NCBI GenBank assembly: GCA_024720975.1
Contig: JANJXX010000005.1
Location: forward strand, 7,059 to 71,058
Direction of reading: 5' to 3'
Source of the DNA: Thermoproteota archaeon
GTDB taxonomy: Archaea > Asgardarchaeota > Njordarchaeia > Njordarchaeales > Panguiarchaeaceae
DNA length: 64,000 bases
Positions within the stretch are counted from its first letter, which is position 1. Every line of letters starts with the position of its first letter. The notes beneath the pieces are model-generated. The model searched no databases and was not told where the DNA came from. It worked only from the letters and a program-made list of their open reading frames with translations. Of the stretch, positions 52,888 through 62,206 are shown one piece after another. The position numbers were made by a program, and so were the translations under genes.

Positions 52888-53364
52888 TTGTCTGCCTTAA
52901 AAGAGGCATCTAAAGCAACTCTCGCTGTATTTTTAGCAATAATAATAGGCTTGCTCATACAAAAGGCAATGACAGACCCAAGTCACTTCCACAATATGCT
53001 ACTAGATCCAAAACAGATAATCGATTATATCTTCAGTAGTTTACTTAGTCCAGTGGGTAGTATTTCTCCATTTGTGATTCTGTTAGCAGTATTTGCCCTC
53101 ATGGTATCTTCGTTTAGTTCGCTGCAGAAATTAGGAGTGGCTCCAACAGTTAGCATGGAGAAAGCGCCAAAGAAAAAAGTCAGAGAGGAAAAAGCCGAGG
53201 CAGCCCCTAAAGTCCCTGAAGTGAGGGAGCCGACTCCAACAGGTCCTACCGAACCGTGTCCAATCTGTGGTAAGCCAAAACCCATGGGAAGAGCAATTTG
53301 CAAGGAATGTGAAGAAAAACTCAAAGCAGGTCCAGAAGCTTTTTCAAAACCATCTGAGGGATAG
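52888..53364 (+). CDS. Hypothetical membrane protein with C-terminal zinc ribbon
   Basis: Two TM segments, a K/E/P-rich linker, then CPICG...CKEC. Confidence 0.45.
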   Translation: MSALKEASKATLAVFLAIIIGLLIQKAMTDPSHFHNMLLDPKQIIDYIFSSLLSPVGSISPFVILLAVFALMVSSFSSLQKLGVAPTVSMEKAPKKKVREEKAEAAPKVPEVREPTPTGPTEPCPICGKPKPMGRAICKECEEKLKAGPEAFSKPSEG

Positions 53365-53494
53365 CATCACGCTAGATGCCGCTTTAGCATTATTAAAAGC
53401 GTTTTTTGATCCTAACTTTTGAGCAATTTGATGTAGCGAGTTATTAAAATGTAATTGCAGCTGCATATTATCCTTTTTAGACTGGTGATCATCC

Positions 53495-54205
53495 ATGTCT
53501 AGCGATTATTTGATAAAGTTGGAGAATGTAACGAAGGAATTTAGCGGTAAAAAAGGTCGTGTAAAAGCTCTAGAGGACATAAATCTTGAGATTAAACGCG
53601 GAGAGTTTGTCGTTATTGTTGGTCCAAGTGGTGCAGGAAAGACAACTTTGCTAAATATAATGGCTGGTATGGACAGGCCGACAAAGGGGCGAGTTATATT
53701 CTCTGGGAGAGATTATGGCGATCTGGACGAAGAAGAACTCGCTAAATTAAGGAGGGAGAAGTTTGGTTTCATATTTCAGTTCTTTAACCTTATAGATTCA
53801 CTAACAGTAGTTGAGAATGTCATTGCACCGGCTTTGCCCTCTGACTTACCAATACGCGAAATAAGTGCAAGAGCTGAGGAGCTCCTAGCAGGAATGAAAC
53901 TATTATCAAAGAAATATAGATTTCCAAAAGAGCTTTCAGCGGGTGAACAACAGAGAGTTGCCATCGCTAGGGCTATGATAACTAAGCCTGAAGTTCTCTT
54001 TTGTGATGAGCCTACTGCACAGTTAGATGAGGAAATGACCGAAAAAGTACTTAATGACCTAATAGAAATAAACCGAGCTGGTACTACAGTAATCCTCGCG
54101 ACGGCCTCAGAAACGGTAGCAAATAAATTGCGGCGCTCTGGAGCAAGAACGATACACATTGAATATGGGAAGATAACAAGTACTGAGACCCCGCGAAGGA
54201 GTTAG
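53495..54205 (+). CDS. ABC transporter ATP-binding protein (MacB/LolD/FtsE-like)
   Basis: GPSGAGKTT, LSAGEQQRVAIARA and LFCDEPTAQLD motifs. Confidence 0.85.
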   Translation: MSSDYLIKLENVTKEFSGKKGRVKALEDINLEIKRGEFVVIVGPSGAGKTTLLNIMAGMDRPTKGRVIFSGRDYGDLDEEELAKLRREKFGFIFQFFNLIDSLTVVENVIAPALPSDLPIREISARAEELLAGMKLLSKKYRFPKELSAGEQQRVAIARAMITKPEVLFCDEPTAQLDEEMTEKVLNDLIEINRAGTTVILATASETVANKLRRSGARTIHIEYGKITSTETPRRS

Positions 54206-54225
54206 CTCTTCTCTTAAATCATTTT

Positions 54226-54957
54226 TTAGTTTCCAAGCATTTTCTTGAACACAATAGGAGACACGACTATGTACCCTAGAATCGCAGATAACAACAACCA
54301 GAGAATGTTCTGCAATGGATCAAGCGATAGTGAGATCATGGGATAAACTCCGAAGCAGAGGATTCCAATAATAACAGACACCAAAACTGATTTAATTCCA
54401 GCGCGCGTTTTAGTACTAGGAAAGCTTATGCTTGATATCATTAAGAATGCAGCCGCCAGCATCAGTGCTAGTGCTACTGCGGGACTTAAGGGATATATGC
54501 AATTAATTATGAGTCCTCCGAATAATGCAGCTCCAGTTATTGCCAATCCTTCAAAATATTCCTTAGAGCCGAATAAATTAAACCTCGCTAGTCTAAGTGC
54601 ACCAAATGAAGCAAAAATAGCTCCTATTACTATTGCATATGGGGTCAACTGAGGATTTTTGTCAACGGTAATTCGTACTAGTAGAAATGCTGGTGCGACG
54701 CCGAAGGACACCTCATCGCAAAGTGAATCCAGTTCCCTACCAAAGTCACTAGCAGCGCCAAGTTTTCTTGCGATGAATCCGTCTGCGCCATCGAATATGA
54801 TAGCCAATGTAATGAATAAAAAGCTAGTTAGGTAGTCACCGACGGATGCAAAGTATATCGCTATAAAACCTGAGACAACATTAGATAGCGTGAATATGTT
54901 AGGTATTGTAAAGAAAAATTTCATACCGCCTTTTCTAATGGTAACGCCCATTTTCAA
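54226..54957 (-). CDS. CDP-alcohol phosphatidyltransferase (archaetidylserine-synthase-like)
   Basis: Complete DGx2ARx8Gx3Dx3D motif: DGFIARKLGAASDFGRELDSLCD. Multi-TM protein. Confidence 0.8.
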   Translation of the reverse strand: MKMGVTIRKGGMKFFFTIPNIFTLSNVVSGFIAIYFASVGDYLTSFLFITLAIIFDGADGFIARKLGAASDFGRELDSLCDEVSFGVAPAFLLVRITVDKNPQLTPYAIVIGAIFASFGALRLARFNLFGSKEYFEGLAITGAALFGGLIINCIYPLSPAVALALMLAAAFLMISSISFPSTKTRAGIKSVLVSVIIGILCFGVYPMISLSLDPLQNILWLLLSAILGYIVVSPIVFKKMLGN

Positions 54958-55064
54958 CGAACCAGAATCGACACTATGGTGTTAAAGTTCTAAAAGCTCC
55001 GAAAATCGCTAAAAACACCGCTGATATAAATGAAAAATGATATAAAAACACTTGGTGTCTATAG

Positions 55065-57047
55065 ATGAATAAAAAGCTCTACACATTTCTAATACCTCTA
55101 CTTACTCTTTACATGGTAATTTTTGCAACGGTGCATGAAGCAGAATTTAGCAACCAATGTTGTAGTCCTATAAGTACAATCCTCCATTCCAATGAAAATC
55201 AAACAAAGAATATGATTAAAATCACACTTTTTGTAGCACCGGATTCATCTTATGAAGTTCTTAAGAGGCTCTTCGAGATGGCGAATACCTCAGTAGATAT
55301 CATAGCGTATGAAATGTGGAGCGAGAACATACTAGACTTGATAAATAAATCAGCCCGGCGAGGTGTAGAAGTTAGGGTTCTACTCGAAAAAGATCCGTAT
55401 GGAGGAAGCGAATGGAATTTGAATATGTCTGCAATGCTGTATAAGCTGAAGCTAGAGGGACTTCCAATTGAAGTGAAACTAGAAAACAATGCAACTAGGT
55501 ATCTTCACGCTAAAGCTCTTATTGTGGATAGCTCAGTAGTACTAATTACCAGCGAAAATTTTCTACCAACAGCATTTCCTCCGAATCTTACGAATATAGC
55601 TTTGCAACCATATCGCACTGTCTCTAGGGGTTGGGGCGTCGTAATTTTCGACGCAAACTTCGCTGCAGAGTGCAAAAAAGTATTTGATAATTTGTATGTT
55701 AATGAGTCAATTTACTATGATCCAAGTATGGGAGCAGGAGAGAAACCTACCATAACCGGGTATATGTCGTTTTCTCCTGTTTTTGAGGCCAAGGAAGTTC
55801 ATGTGAATAATGTTAAATTTGTTTTGTCTCCATCGAATTCTATAACTTTGATGAAGGAAGCCCTTAATCTCGCTAAAAATATGGTTCTTATCGAGCAGAT
55901 GTACATTATTGAAAGCGATCAAAGTGTATCAGATTTAATAAATATACTCGACCAAAAAGTCGACGAAGGTACGACAGTGCAAATAATTCTAGAGGACAAC
56001 CCGCCTGGAAATTATAACAGCACCGCGCAAAGTCTAATCCAACGGGGGTTTCATGTAGTTCCAGCGTTCTACTACGAACCCAAGTTATTTTTGCATAATA
56101 AGGGAATACTAATTGATGACAGGTACGCGTTAGTGGGATCAATTAACTGGTCGGGCTCAGCATTACTCAAAAATATTGAGTTCGCTGCATTAATAGATGG
56201 TACTGAGGCAGCTCTATACTTTAAGAAAGTTTTTGAGTGGGATTGGAACAAAAGCTCTAGTGAGCCATTTGACACAGACTCTGATGGGCTTCCAAATTGT
56301 TATGAACGCGATAATGGTTTAAATCCCTACGAAGTTGATAGTGACTCCGATGGTCTAACTGATTATGATGAAGTGTTTAAATATGGCACAGATCCTAAAA
56401 CTTCGGATGCAGTAACCGCAACAATAGAAAACTATACCAACGTAAGTGTTGTACCAAGTAAGAGTATTGTCATAAAATGGTCGCTCAAAAATAGGCATCA
56501 TGTGTCTGAAGTATTAATCTGCGTTAATGGAACAGAAGTTCAGCGACTAGATCCTGATAAAACAAATGCAACTATTGAACTTAATGATAGGGCTTGGTCA
56601 ATGGTAGAAGTTATACCAAAAGTTACAATACCCGTTAAAGTATTCCCATCGAGGGTAATTATCTACGTAGACTCTCAGCCTCCAGCTCTGGAGATACTAT
56701 CCCCGCAGAACAATACTAGTGTAAAGAACAGAAACGTGTACATAAGACTCATTGTAATAGACGATACATCGGTAACGCTCACAATATATTTAAATAGCAC
56801 TCAAGTTTACAAGAAGTCGATACAAACAAACATCACTGTGGATATACAAATTCATTTAGACTACGGCTTAAACTTAATAACTATTGTTGCGCGTGATGCT
56901 GCTGGTAATGAAGCAGAGAAACTTCTCTATATCTACACCACACCGGGCGCAGAGACGTTTTTATCTAATATGCTTAGTTTTGTTATAATACTGTTGTTGC
57001 TAATTGCAGCGATAGTCCTGCTACGGAGAAAAAGGTCGGACTTTTGA
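55065..57047 (+). CDS. Secreted, C-terminally anchored phospholipase D superfamily protein with TSP3-like Ca-binding repeats and Ig-like domains
   Basis: Two HKD motifs (HAKALIVD...TSEN and HNKGILID...GSINW). Asp-rich DTDSDGLPN...DSDSDGLTDYDE repeats. N-terminal signal and C-terminal TM plus RRKR. Confidence 0.75.
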   Translation: MNKKLYTFLIPLLTLYMVIFATVHEAEFSNQCCSPISTILHSNENQTKNMIKITLFVAPDSSYEVLKRLFEMANTSVDIIAYEMWSENILDLINKSARRGVEVRVLLEKDPYGGSEWNLNMSAMLYKLKLEGLPIEVKLENNATRYLHAKALIVDSSVVLITSENFLPTAFPPNLTNIALQPYRTVSRGWGVVIFDANFAAECKKVFDNLYVNESIYYDPSMGAGEKPTITGYMSFSPVFEAKEVHVNNVKFVLSPSNSITLMKEALNLAKNMVLIEQMYIIESDQSVSDLINILDQKVDEGTTVQIILEDNPPGNYNSTAQSLIQRGFHVVPAFYYEPKLFLHNKGILIDDRYALVGSINWSGSALLKNIEFAALIDGTEAALYFKKVFEWDWNKSSSEPFDTDSDGLPNCYERDNGLNPYEVDSDSDGLTDYDEVFKYGTDPKTSDAVTATIENYTNVSVVPSKSIVIKWSLKNRHHVSEVLICVNGTEVQRLDPDKTNATIELNDRAWSMVEVIPKVTIPVKVFPSRVIIYVDSQPPALEILSPQNNTSVKNRNVYIRLIVIDDTSVTLTIYLNSTQVYKKSIQTNITVDIQIHLDYGLNLITIVARDAAGNEAEKLLYIYTTPGAETFLSNMLSFVIILLLLIAAIVLLRRKRSDF

Positions 57048-57083
57048 AACACATGTTAAAAATTCGCTAGAGTGTGTTTGGTG

Positions 57084-58244
57084 ATGATTCTCGCTATAAA
57101 AGATCTGACCGTTAGATACAAAGCTACAAGATACTCAATAGCTCATATAAAAGACTCAGTGGCGATGGCTGAACTCTCGAGACATTTTCTTCAAATGGAA
57201 AAAGAGAGTGTGCACATAACATTCATTAACAGAAAGTTTAAAGAAAAAGTGGAACTTCTTTTACGCAAGGAACTAGAGAAATTTAAAAAGACCGGAATAA
57301 TGAGCATATACGCACTTAATGGAGTAAATTTGGACGTAGATGAAGGTAAGGTTGTTGCTGTAATAGGTGAGTCTGGTTCAGGAAAATCCACTTTGGCATT
57401 AGCAATACTAAGAATACTCCCAGAAAATGCTGAAACCTCGGGTGATATAATCTTTGGCGGAGAGAGCCTATTCAAACTCGACGAAGAAAAAATGCGGCTT
57501 AAGAGAGCAAAAGAGTTTGGCTACATTGGACAAGGCAGTTATACGTACCTAAATCCACTAATGGAAGGCGCATTTCAAATATTTGAGTCGTCGCTCGTAG
57601 CAGCTAAGGATTTAGATGAGGCATCAAGGCTTTTTATTGATGCTATAAAAACCGTCAAGCTGGATAGTAGAACTCTACTTTCATATCCTGAAAAACTTAG
57701 TGGTGGCGAAGTTCGGCGAGTCGCTATTGCAATAGCGCTAGCAAAAAACCCTAGATTACTCATTTGCGATGAGCCGTTTAAGGGTATTGATCCATACATG
57801 GCAATGCAACTTGTCAGCACTCTAAGAGAACTTAAGGAAAAACTTAAGGTAACTATGCTAATACTTACTCATGATCTTCCACTAATGGTTGAAATAGCCG
57901 ATGAAATCGCTGTAATTTATCATGGGATAATAGTTGAGAAGGGACCTCTAGATAAGGTGTTCTCAAAGCCTGTACACCCATATACAAAAGGCTTAATAGG
58001 TGCGCTACCTGATATAAGGAATCCTGAAAAGAAGCTTGTATATGTGCCAGGCGAGCCCCTACCTAGAACGATAAGGTATGATTTCTGTCCATTCGCTAAT
58101 CGTTGTCCTAGGTCTGATGAAAATTGCCTTGAGATGCTACCAAAGTTGAAGAAAGTGGATGATCGACAAGTAGCATGTGTGAAAGCTGATGAATTTCTTG
58201 AATTATCCCCGATAGAGTTTTGGGGTCCATATTTGGATCTGTGA
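57084..58244 (+). CDS. Oligopeptide/dipeptide-type ABC ATP-binding protein (OppD/DppD-like)
   Basis: GESGSGKST, LSGGEVRRVAIA and LICDEP motifs, plus the C-terminal oligopeptide-type extension (HPYTKGL, Cys-rich tail). An unusual ~50-aa insertion precedes Walker A. Confidence 0.8.
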   Translation: MILAIKDLTVRYKATRYSIAHIKDSVAMAELSRHFLQMEKESVHITFINRKFKEKVELLLRKELEKFKKTGIMSIYALNGVNLDVDEGKVVAVIGESGSGKSTLALAILRILPENAETSGDIIFGGESLFKLDEEKMRLKRAKEFGYIGQGSYTYLNPLMEGAFQIFESSLVAAKDLDEASRLFIDAIKTVKLDSRTLLSYPEKLSGGEVRRVAIAIALAKNPRLLICDEPFKGIDPYMAMQLVSTLRELKEKLKVTMLILTHDLPLMVEIADEIAVIYHGIIVEKGPLDKVFSKPVHPYTKGLIGALPDIRNPEKKLVYVPGEPLPRTIRYDFCPFANRCPRSDENCLEMLPKLKKVDDRQVACVKADEFLELSPIEFWGPYLDL

Positions 58245-58248
58245 CCTC

Positions 58249-58278
58249 ATGTCTAATAAGAGACATCAAGCGTTTTTT
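58249..58278 (+). terminator. Hairpin plus T6 just after the OppD-like stop codon
   Basis: ATGTCT, AATAAG, AGACAT, then CAAGCG-TTTTTT. Confidence 0.45.
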
Positions 58279-58367
58279 GAGGTTTCTTTAGGTTCCGTCT
58301 AATCATCAATCCTTAGCAATTTGCTATCTTATATACTGTCCTGTTACTTTATTCTTGAAGAGCGTAA

Positions 58368-58601
58368 ATGGGAGACTTGATGAAAAGTAAAAATCCAGAT
58401 ATAAACGCATTTCTTGCAATAATTTTGACATTAATGAGGGTTTCAGAGACCTGGAGTGAAATTCGTGGAAGAGTTGCGGACATGCTAGAAGATGTCATAG
58501 ATGAATTAGACCCCGAAACAGCTGATAGGATTCTATCTATCGCAGAACTTCTAGATAATCTCATACAAATCTTCGAAGGTAGAGTAAAAGCCCAAAAATA
58601 A
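58368..58601 (+). CDS. Hypothetical small acidic protein
   Basis: 77-aa ORF. A comparable antisense ORF exists, so coding status is uncertain. Confidence 0.3.
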   Translation: MGDLMKSKNPDINAFLAIILTLMRVSETWSEIRGRVADMLEDVIDELDPETADRILSIAELLDNLIQIFEGRVKAQK

Positions 58602-58769
58602 CCGGCTACTTTTAGTGCTGCAACTATTCTATTTCCTATGATCAGTATTTTTTACAATCATTAGAGCTCACCCTGAGCAGTTATTAGCATTATAGAAATC
58701 GTCTAGGATATTTCATATGGGTTCCAGTACTTGAAAATAAGGACACCTTTTTAGTCTAGTTGTTTTATA

Positions 58770-59513
58770 TTGATTACAGGACTGGGATTATCCAGCCATA
58801 TTCATTGCTACAGTAAGGCGTTGATTTTGAAAGCTTTAGTTTATGTGGCTAACAAATGTTTAGTCGGAGCGGGACTCGCTCTTATGATGTTACCTATTGT
58901 AGGTATTCTAAAATTCTTCGTGACAGAACTCATATACTTCCTGGCGTTGATTTATGTTATAGTCATTTGTATCATGGGGCTTTTATTGATTCTCTCCTCT
59001 ATAAGCTTCTATTCCCATGGACGCAGACTTGGCAGCGCTCTCGGTCTCACTTGTGCAATTTTAATAGCAATCGTTGGTTTTGGATATGTGCTTTCGGGAT
59101 ATTGGACAATGGCCTATATGACAAATCCCAACGAAGCTAGCCAGCTGGGTTTAGGAATCGCAACGACGATAATAAGAACGTCCCTCTTCTTTTATGGTTT
59201 TATGTCTACGTTCTTCTTTTTTGAAACAAGAAGCGGAGAACTAGGCGGCTACGGTGGAATCCTAGTGTTATTTTTCAGCTCATCAACATTCTTTTACGTC
59301 TTCTTCCTAGAATTCATTAGAACCCTACCAGGAGCAATATTTACACTGCTAGCAAGTGTAGGATACGTACTCCAAGGAGTAGCTCTCGATCATATTCTTA
59401 GTCCTCCAAAATTTAAGTATCCTCCACCGAGCAGAAGGAAGTATATTAACCTATTCGGTCCGGCAGTAGGAGAATACTGTCAGAGCCCTGAGCTCTCCAA
59501 AAACTCAGCTTAG
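58770..59513 (+). CDS. Hypothetical polytopic membrane protein
   Basis: 6-7 hydrophobic segments. Start uncertain. Confidence 0.45.
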   Translation: MITGLGLSSHIHCYSKALILKALVYVANKCLVGAGLALMMLPIVGILKFFVTELIYFLALIYVIVICIMGLLLILSSISFYSHGRRLGSALGLTCAILIAIVGFGYVLSGYWTMAYMTNPNEASQLGLGIATTIIRTSLFFYGFMSTFFFFETRSGELGGYGGILVLFFSSSTFFYVFFLEFIRTLPGAIFTLLASVGYVLQGVALDHILSPPKFKYPPPSRRKYINLFGPAVGEYCQSPELSKNSA

Positions 59514-60716
59514 CCACTTTTTTAATGATGGAGTATTAAGTTGCTTTAGAAGCCAAGATTTTCCTTTAATGTTGATCTCTGTAAGGATTGGTTCCCTTGA
59601 AACAACAAAGTCAACGCATTCACTAAGATCGCCTAAGAACAAGGGTCCCGAATCTAGTGCTAATCTAATGGACTCTCGTATTTGCCAGTTACCAACGGGG
59701 GCAATATATTGAGGAGTAATTATTCTTATAGCTAAAACAGCAGCGATACGATTTTGTTTCTTTAACCATTCCAAAACAGAAGTTCTAATCGCGTAATAGC
59801 CGCCATCCATTCGTGTTGGTTTGCCATCATAGCTTTCATAAATATGGAACGTCACAGGTCTACCAATGCCTTTTAACCAAATAGAACTAGGGAGCCAAAT
59901 CTCAAACATTTCCATGGCCCAGTAGTCGTTTGGAATTATGAAAATGTAGTATTTGTTGCCAAGATACTCCCAGTGAAACAAATGGATTTTTGGAAAAGAG
60001 GGTGAGTGCCTGATTCGTGATAAAGCTGAGTTACCGATTATAGAATCAACTGCAGTTATCGCCCATCTTGTCGGGACTAATCTTCTCCTCTCGGCAATTC
60101 CTAAAAACCCTGCTGAAAATATCTTCTGAAGATAGTATACAGATATTCCGTGCTCCCTAAGATAACTCACGGCGTAGGAGGCACAAACACGATCAGTTAT
60201 TATACTCTCAACTTTTCGTGGAATTCTGGAGTTCGTCGCAAGCTCTAGTCTCTCAAGGGGTGCTGACCCGCCAAAAGGTGGTATGTCGAAATCAAGTCTT
60301 AGTTGTATTTTAGGCTCCTTCTTAAGTATAATCTCAACCTCTACGGGGTCCAAACTAATTATGGTTTCACCTAAGGGCTCCTCTATGGAGGGCGGCCTCT
60401 TTACAATTCTTTGCTGAAATGGATAGAGAGATCGTATCCTTAGATCTAGTATCTGGGAGAAATCAAGTTTCTCCTCAGCCCACTTCTCAGGTTCCCATGG
60501 AATAGAATTAATAGCAGAAATAGGTCCAAGACTGACTTTGGGATATCCGAATTCTCCAACGAGAAACCACTCAGAGTATCCTCCAAGTCGGCGCTTAGAG
60601 AGAGACTGTACCTCCCGTTTTAGTATCTTTTTCATAAGCATGGGACATACTCTTGCTCCGCAGAGCCTTCTAGAGCCTTTACAGATGACACATAGTACAT
60701 CGCTGGATTTTCCCAT
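59505..60716 (-). CDS. nreA: Archaeal Nre family protein (DUF650/DUF651, putative DNA repair)
   Basis: N-terminal Zn motif LCVICKGSRRLCGARVCP, and the length and architecture fit Nre. The ATG at 60716 is preferred. Confidence 0.6.
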   Translation of the reverse strand: MGKSSDVLCVICKGSRRLCGARVCPMLMKKILKREVQSLSKRRLGGYSEWFLVGEFGYPKVSLGPISAINSIPWEPEKWAEEKLDFSQILDLRIRSLYPFQQRIVKRPPSIEEPLGETIISLDPVEVEIILKKEPKIQLRLDFDIPPFGGSAPLERLELATNSRIPRKVESIITDRVCASYAVSYLREHGISVYYLQKIFSAGFLGIAERRRLVPTRWAITAVDSIIGNSALSRIRHSPSFPKIHLFHWEYLGNKYYIFIIPNDYWAMEMFEIWLPSSIWLKGIGRPVTFHIYESYDGKPTRMDGGYYAIRTSVLEWLKKQNRIAAVLAIRIITPQYIAPVGNWQIRESIRLALDSGPLFLGDLSECVDFVVSREPILTEINIKGKSWLLKQLNTPSLKKWLS

Positions 60717-60836
60717 GAAGAATACCATAGCTGAATGCTCTAAATAGTTCTCCTCTATAATGTAGTACAAATTTAACTTTATGTAAGCAGATGATGTTGC
60801 TGTCAGGTTGATGATCCTAACCTCTGGTGAATATTT

Positions 60837-62174
60837 ATGAAGAAAGCACTTACAATTGCCGGTGTTGACTCTGGAGGAGGAGCAGGCATAATTGCCGACA
60901 TAAAGACATTCTCAGCGCTTAATGTTTGGGGAATGGCAGTCGTTACAAGTGTTACAGCGCAAAATACGACTGGAGTGTATGCTATTCAGGACATATCTCC
61001 TGAGATTATTAGCGCTCAGATACGAGCAATAATAGGGGATATAGGCTTGGATGCGGCTAAAACTGGTATGTTAAAGACCAGTGAGATAATAAGAACAGTA
61101 GCCAGAGAGCTCTCTGAGGTCGATGTTCCACTTGTTGTTGATCCAGTTATGGTAGCACAAACTGGAGCTCCACTTATGGAACCTGATGCCAAAGAAGTTC
61201 TTGTGAAGGAACTTCTCCCACTAGCATTAGTTGTAACTCCAAACAGATATGAGGCCGAGGCTTTGTCTGGAATGGAGATAAGATCAATTCGAGATGCAGA
61301 AAAAGCGGCGAAGCTTATATGTGAGAAGTATAACCCAGAGGCCGTGATTGTAAAAGGGGGGCATCTTGAAGAGGCAGAAGCAATAGACGTTCTCTATTAC
61401 AACGGTGAATACCACTACTTCAAAACTCCTCGATTGAAGACTAAGAATACGCACGGAAGTGGATGCACGTTTTCCGCAGCAATAACCGCTGAGTTAGCAA
61501 AAGGAAAAAAATTACCAGACGCTGTAAAAACAGCAAAAGAGTTCATGTACATTGCCATAAAGTACGGTCTAGCACTCGGCCGTGGAAGGGGGCCGGTTAA
61601 TCACATGGCGTGGATATATAGAGAGGCCGAGCGATATACAGCTTTAGTAGCGGTTAGAGAGTTTGTAGAAAAATTAGAGTCGCTGAAGGAGATGAATAAG
61701 CTAATTCCTGAAGTTGGAATGAATGTTGCATATGCACTCAACCACGCTGTGGACAAGAACGACATTATAGCCTTACCCGGCAGAATCAGAGCGACACCAC
61801 GAGGTCCAAAAGCGTGCGCTCCTCCCGACTTTGGGGCATCTCAGCACCTAGCATCGTACATCTTGGTTTCTAGGGATTATGATCAGTCGATAAGAGCAGC
61901 AATAAACATTAAGTTCAGTGAGGAAACAATTGAAAAACTTCGTAAGCTGGGACTCAAAATATCATCTTATGATCGCATGAAGGAGCCTCCAGAGATAAAA
62001 GCTATAGAAGGAGCAACAATACCATGGGGAACAAAGCAAGCAATAGAGGCTCTTGGTGGTCAAGTACCGGATGTTATATATCACAGAGGAGATGTCGGAA
62101 AAGAACCCATGATAGTGATCCTATGTAGAGATCTAAATAAATTGATGCAAGTTCTTGAGAAAGTTTTGAATTAA
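60837..62174 (+). CDS. thiDN: Bifunctional ThiD (HMP/HMP-P kinase) - ThiN (thiamine-phosphate synthase) protein
   Basis: ThiD motifs GVDSGGGAGI and HGSGCTFSAAI are followed by a ~180-aa ThiN-type C-terminal domain. Confidence 0.85.
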   Translation: MKKALTIAGVDSGGGAGIIADIKTFSALNVWGMAVVTSVTAQNTTGVYAIQDISPEIISAQIRAIIGDIGLDAAKTGMLKTSEIIRTVARELSEVDVPLVVDPVMVAQTGAPLMEPDAKEVLVKELLPLALVVTPNRYEAEALSGMEIRSIRDAEKAAKLICEKYNPEAVIVKGGHLEEAEAIDVLYYNGEYHYFKTPRLKTKNTHGSGCTFSAAITAELAKGKKLPDAVKTAKEFMYIAIKYGLALGRGRGPVNHMAWIYREAERYTALVAVREFVEKLESLKEMNKLIPEVGMNVAYALNHAVDKNDIIALPGRIRATPRGPKACAPPDFGASQHLASYILVSRDYDQSIRAAINIKFSEETIEKLRKLGLKISSYDRMKEPPEIKAIEGATIPWGTKQAIEALGGQVPDVIYHRGDVGKEPMIVILCRDLNKLMQVLEKVLN

Positions 62175-62206
62175 TTATGAGTTTTTCTTCAAAAAATTTA
62201 GGGGGC

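Noticed and set aside
58255-58320. A minus-strand C/D-like arrangement: UUGAUGA, 12 nt, UAAA ... UUGAUGU, 12 nt, AUGA.
   Set aside because: Both D-type boxes are non-canonical and the internal spacer is about 17 nt. The region is better explained as the terminator hairpin plus T-run of the OppD-like gene.
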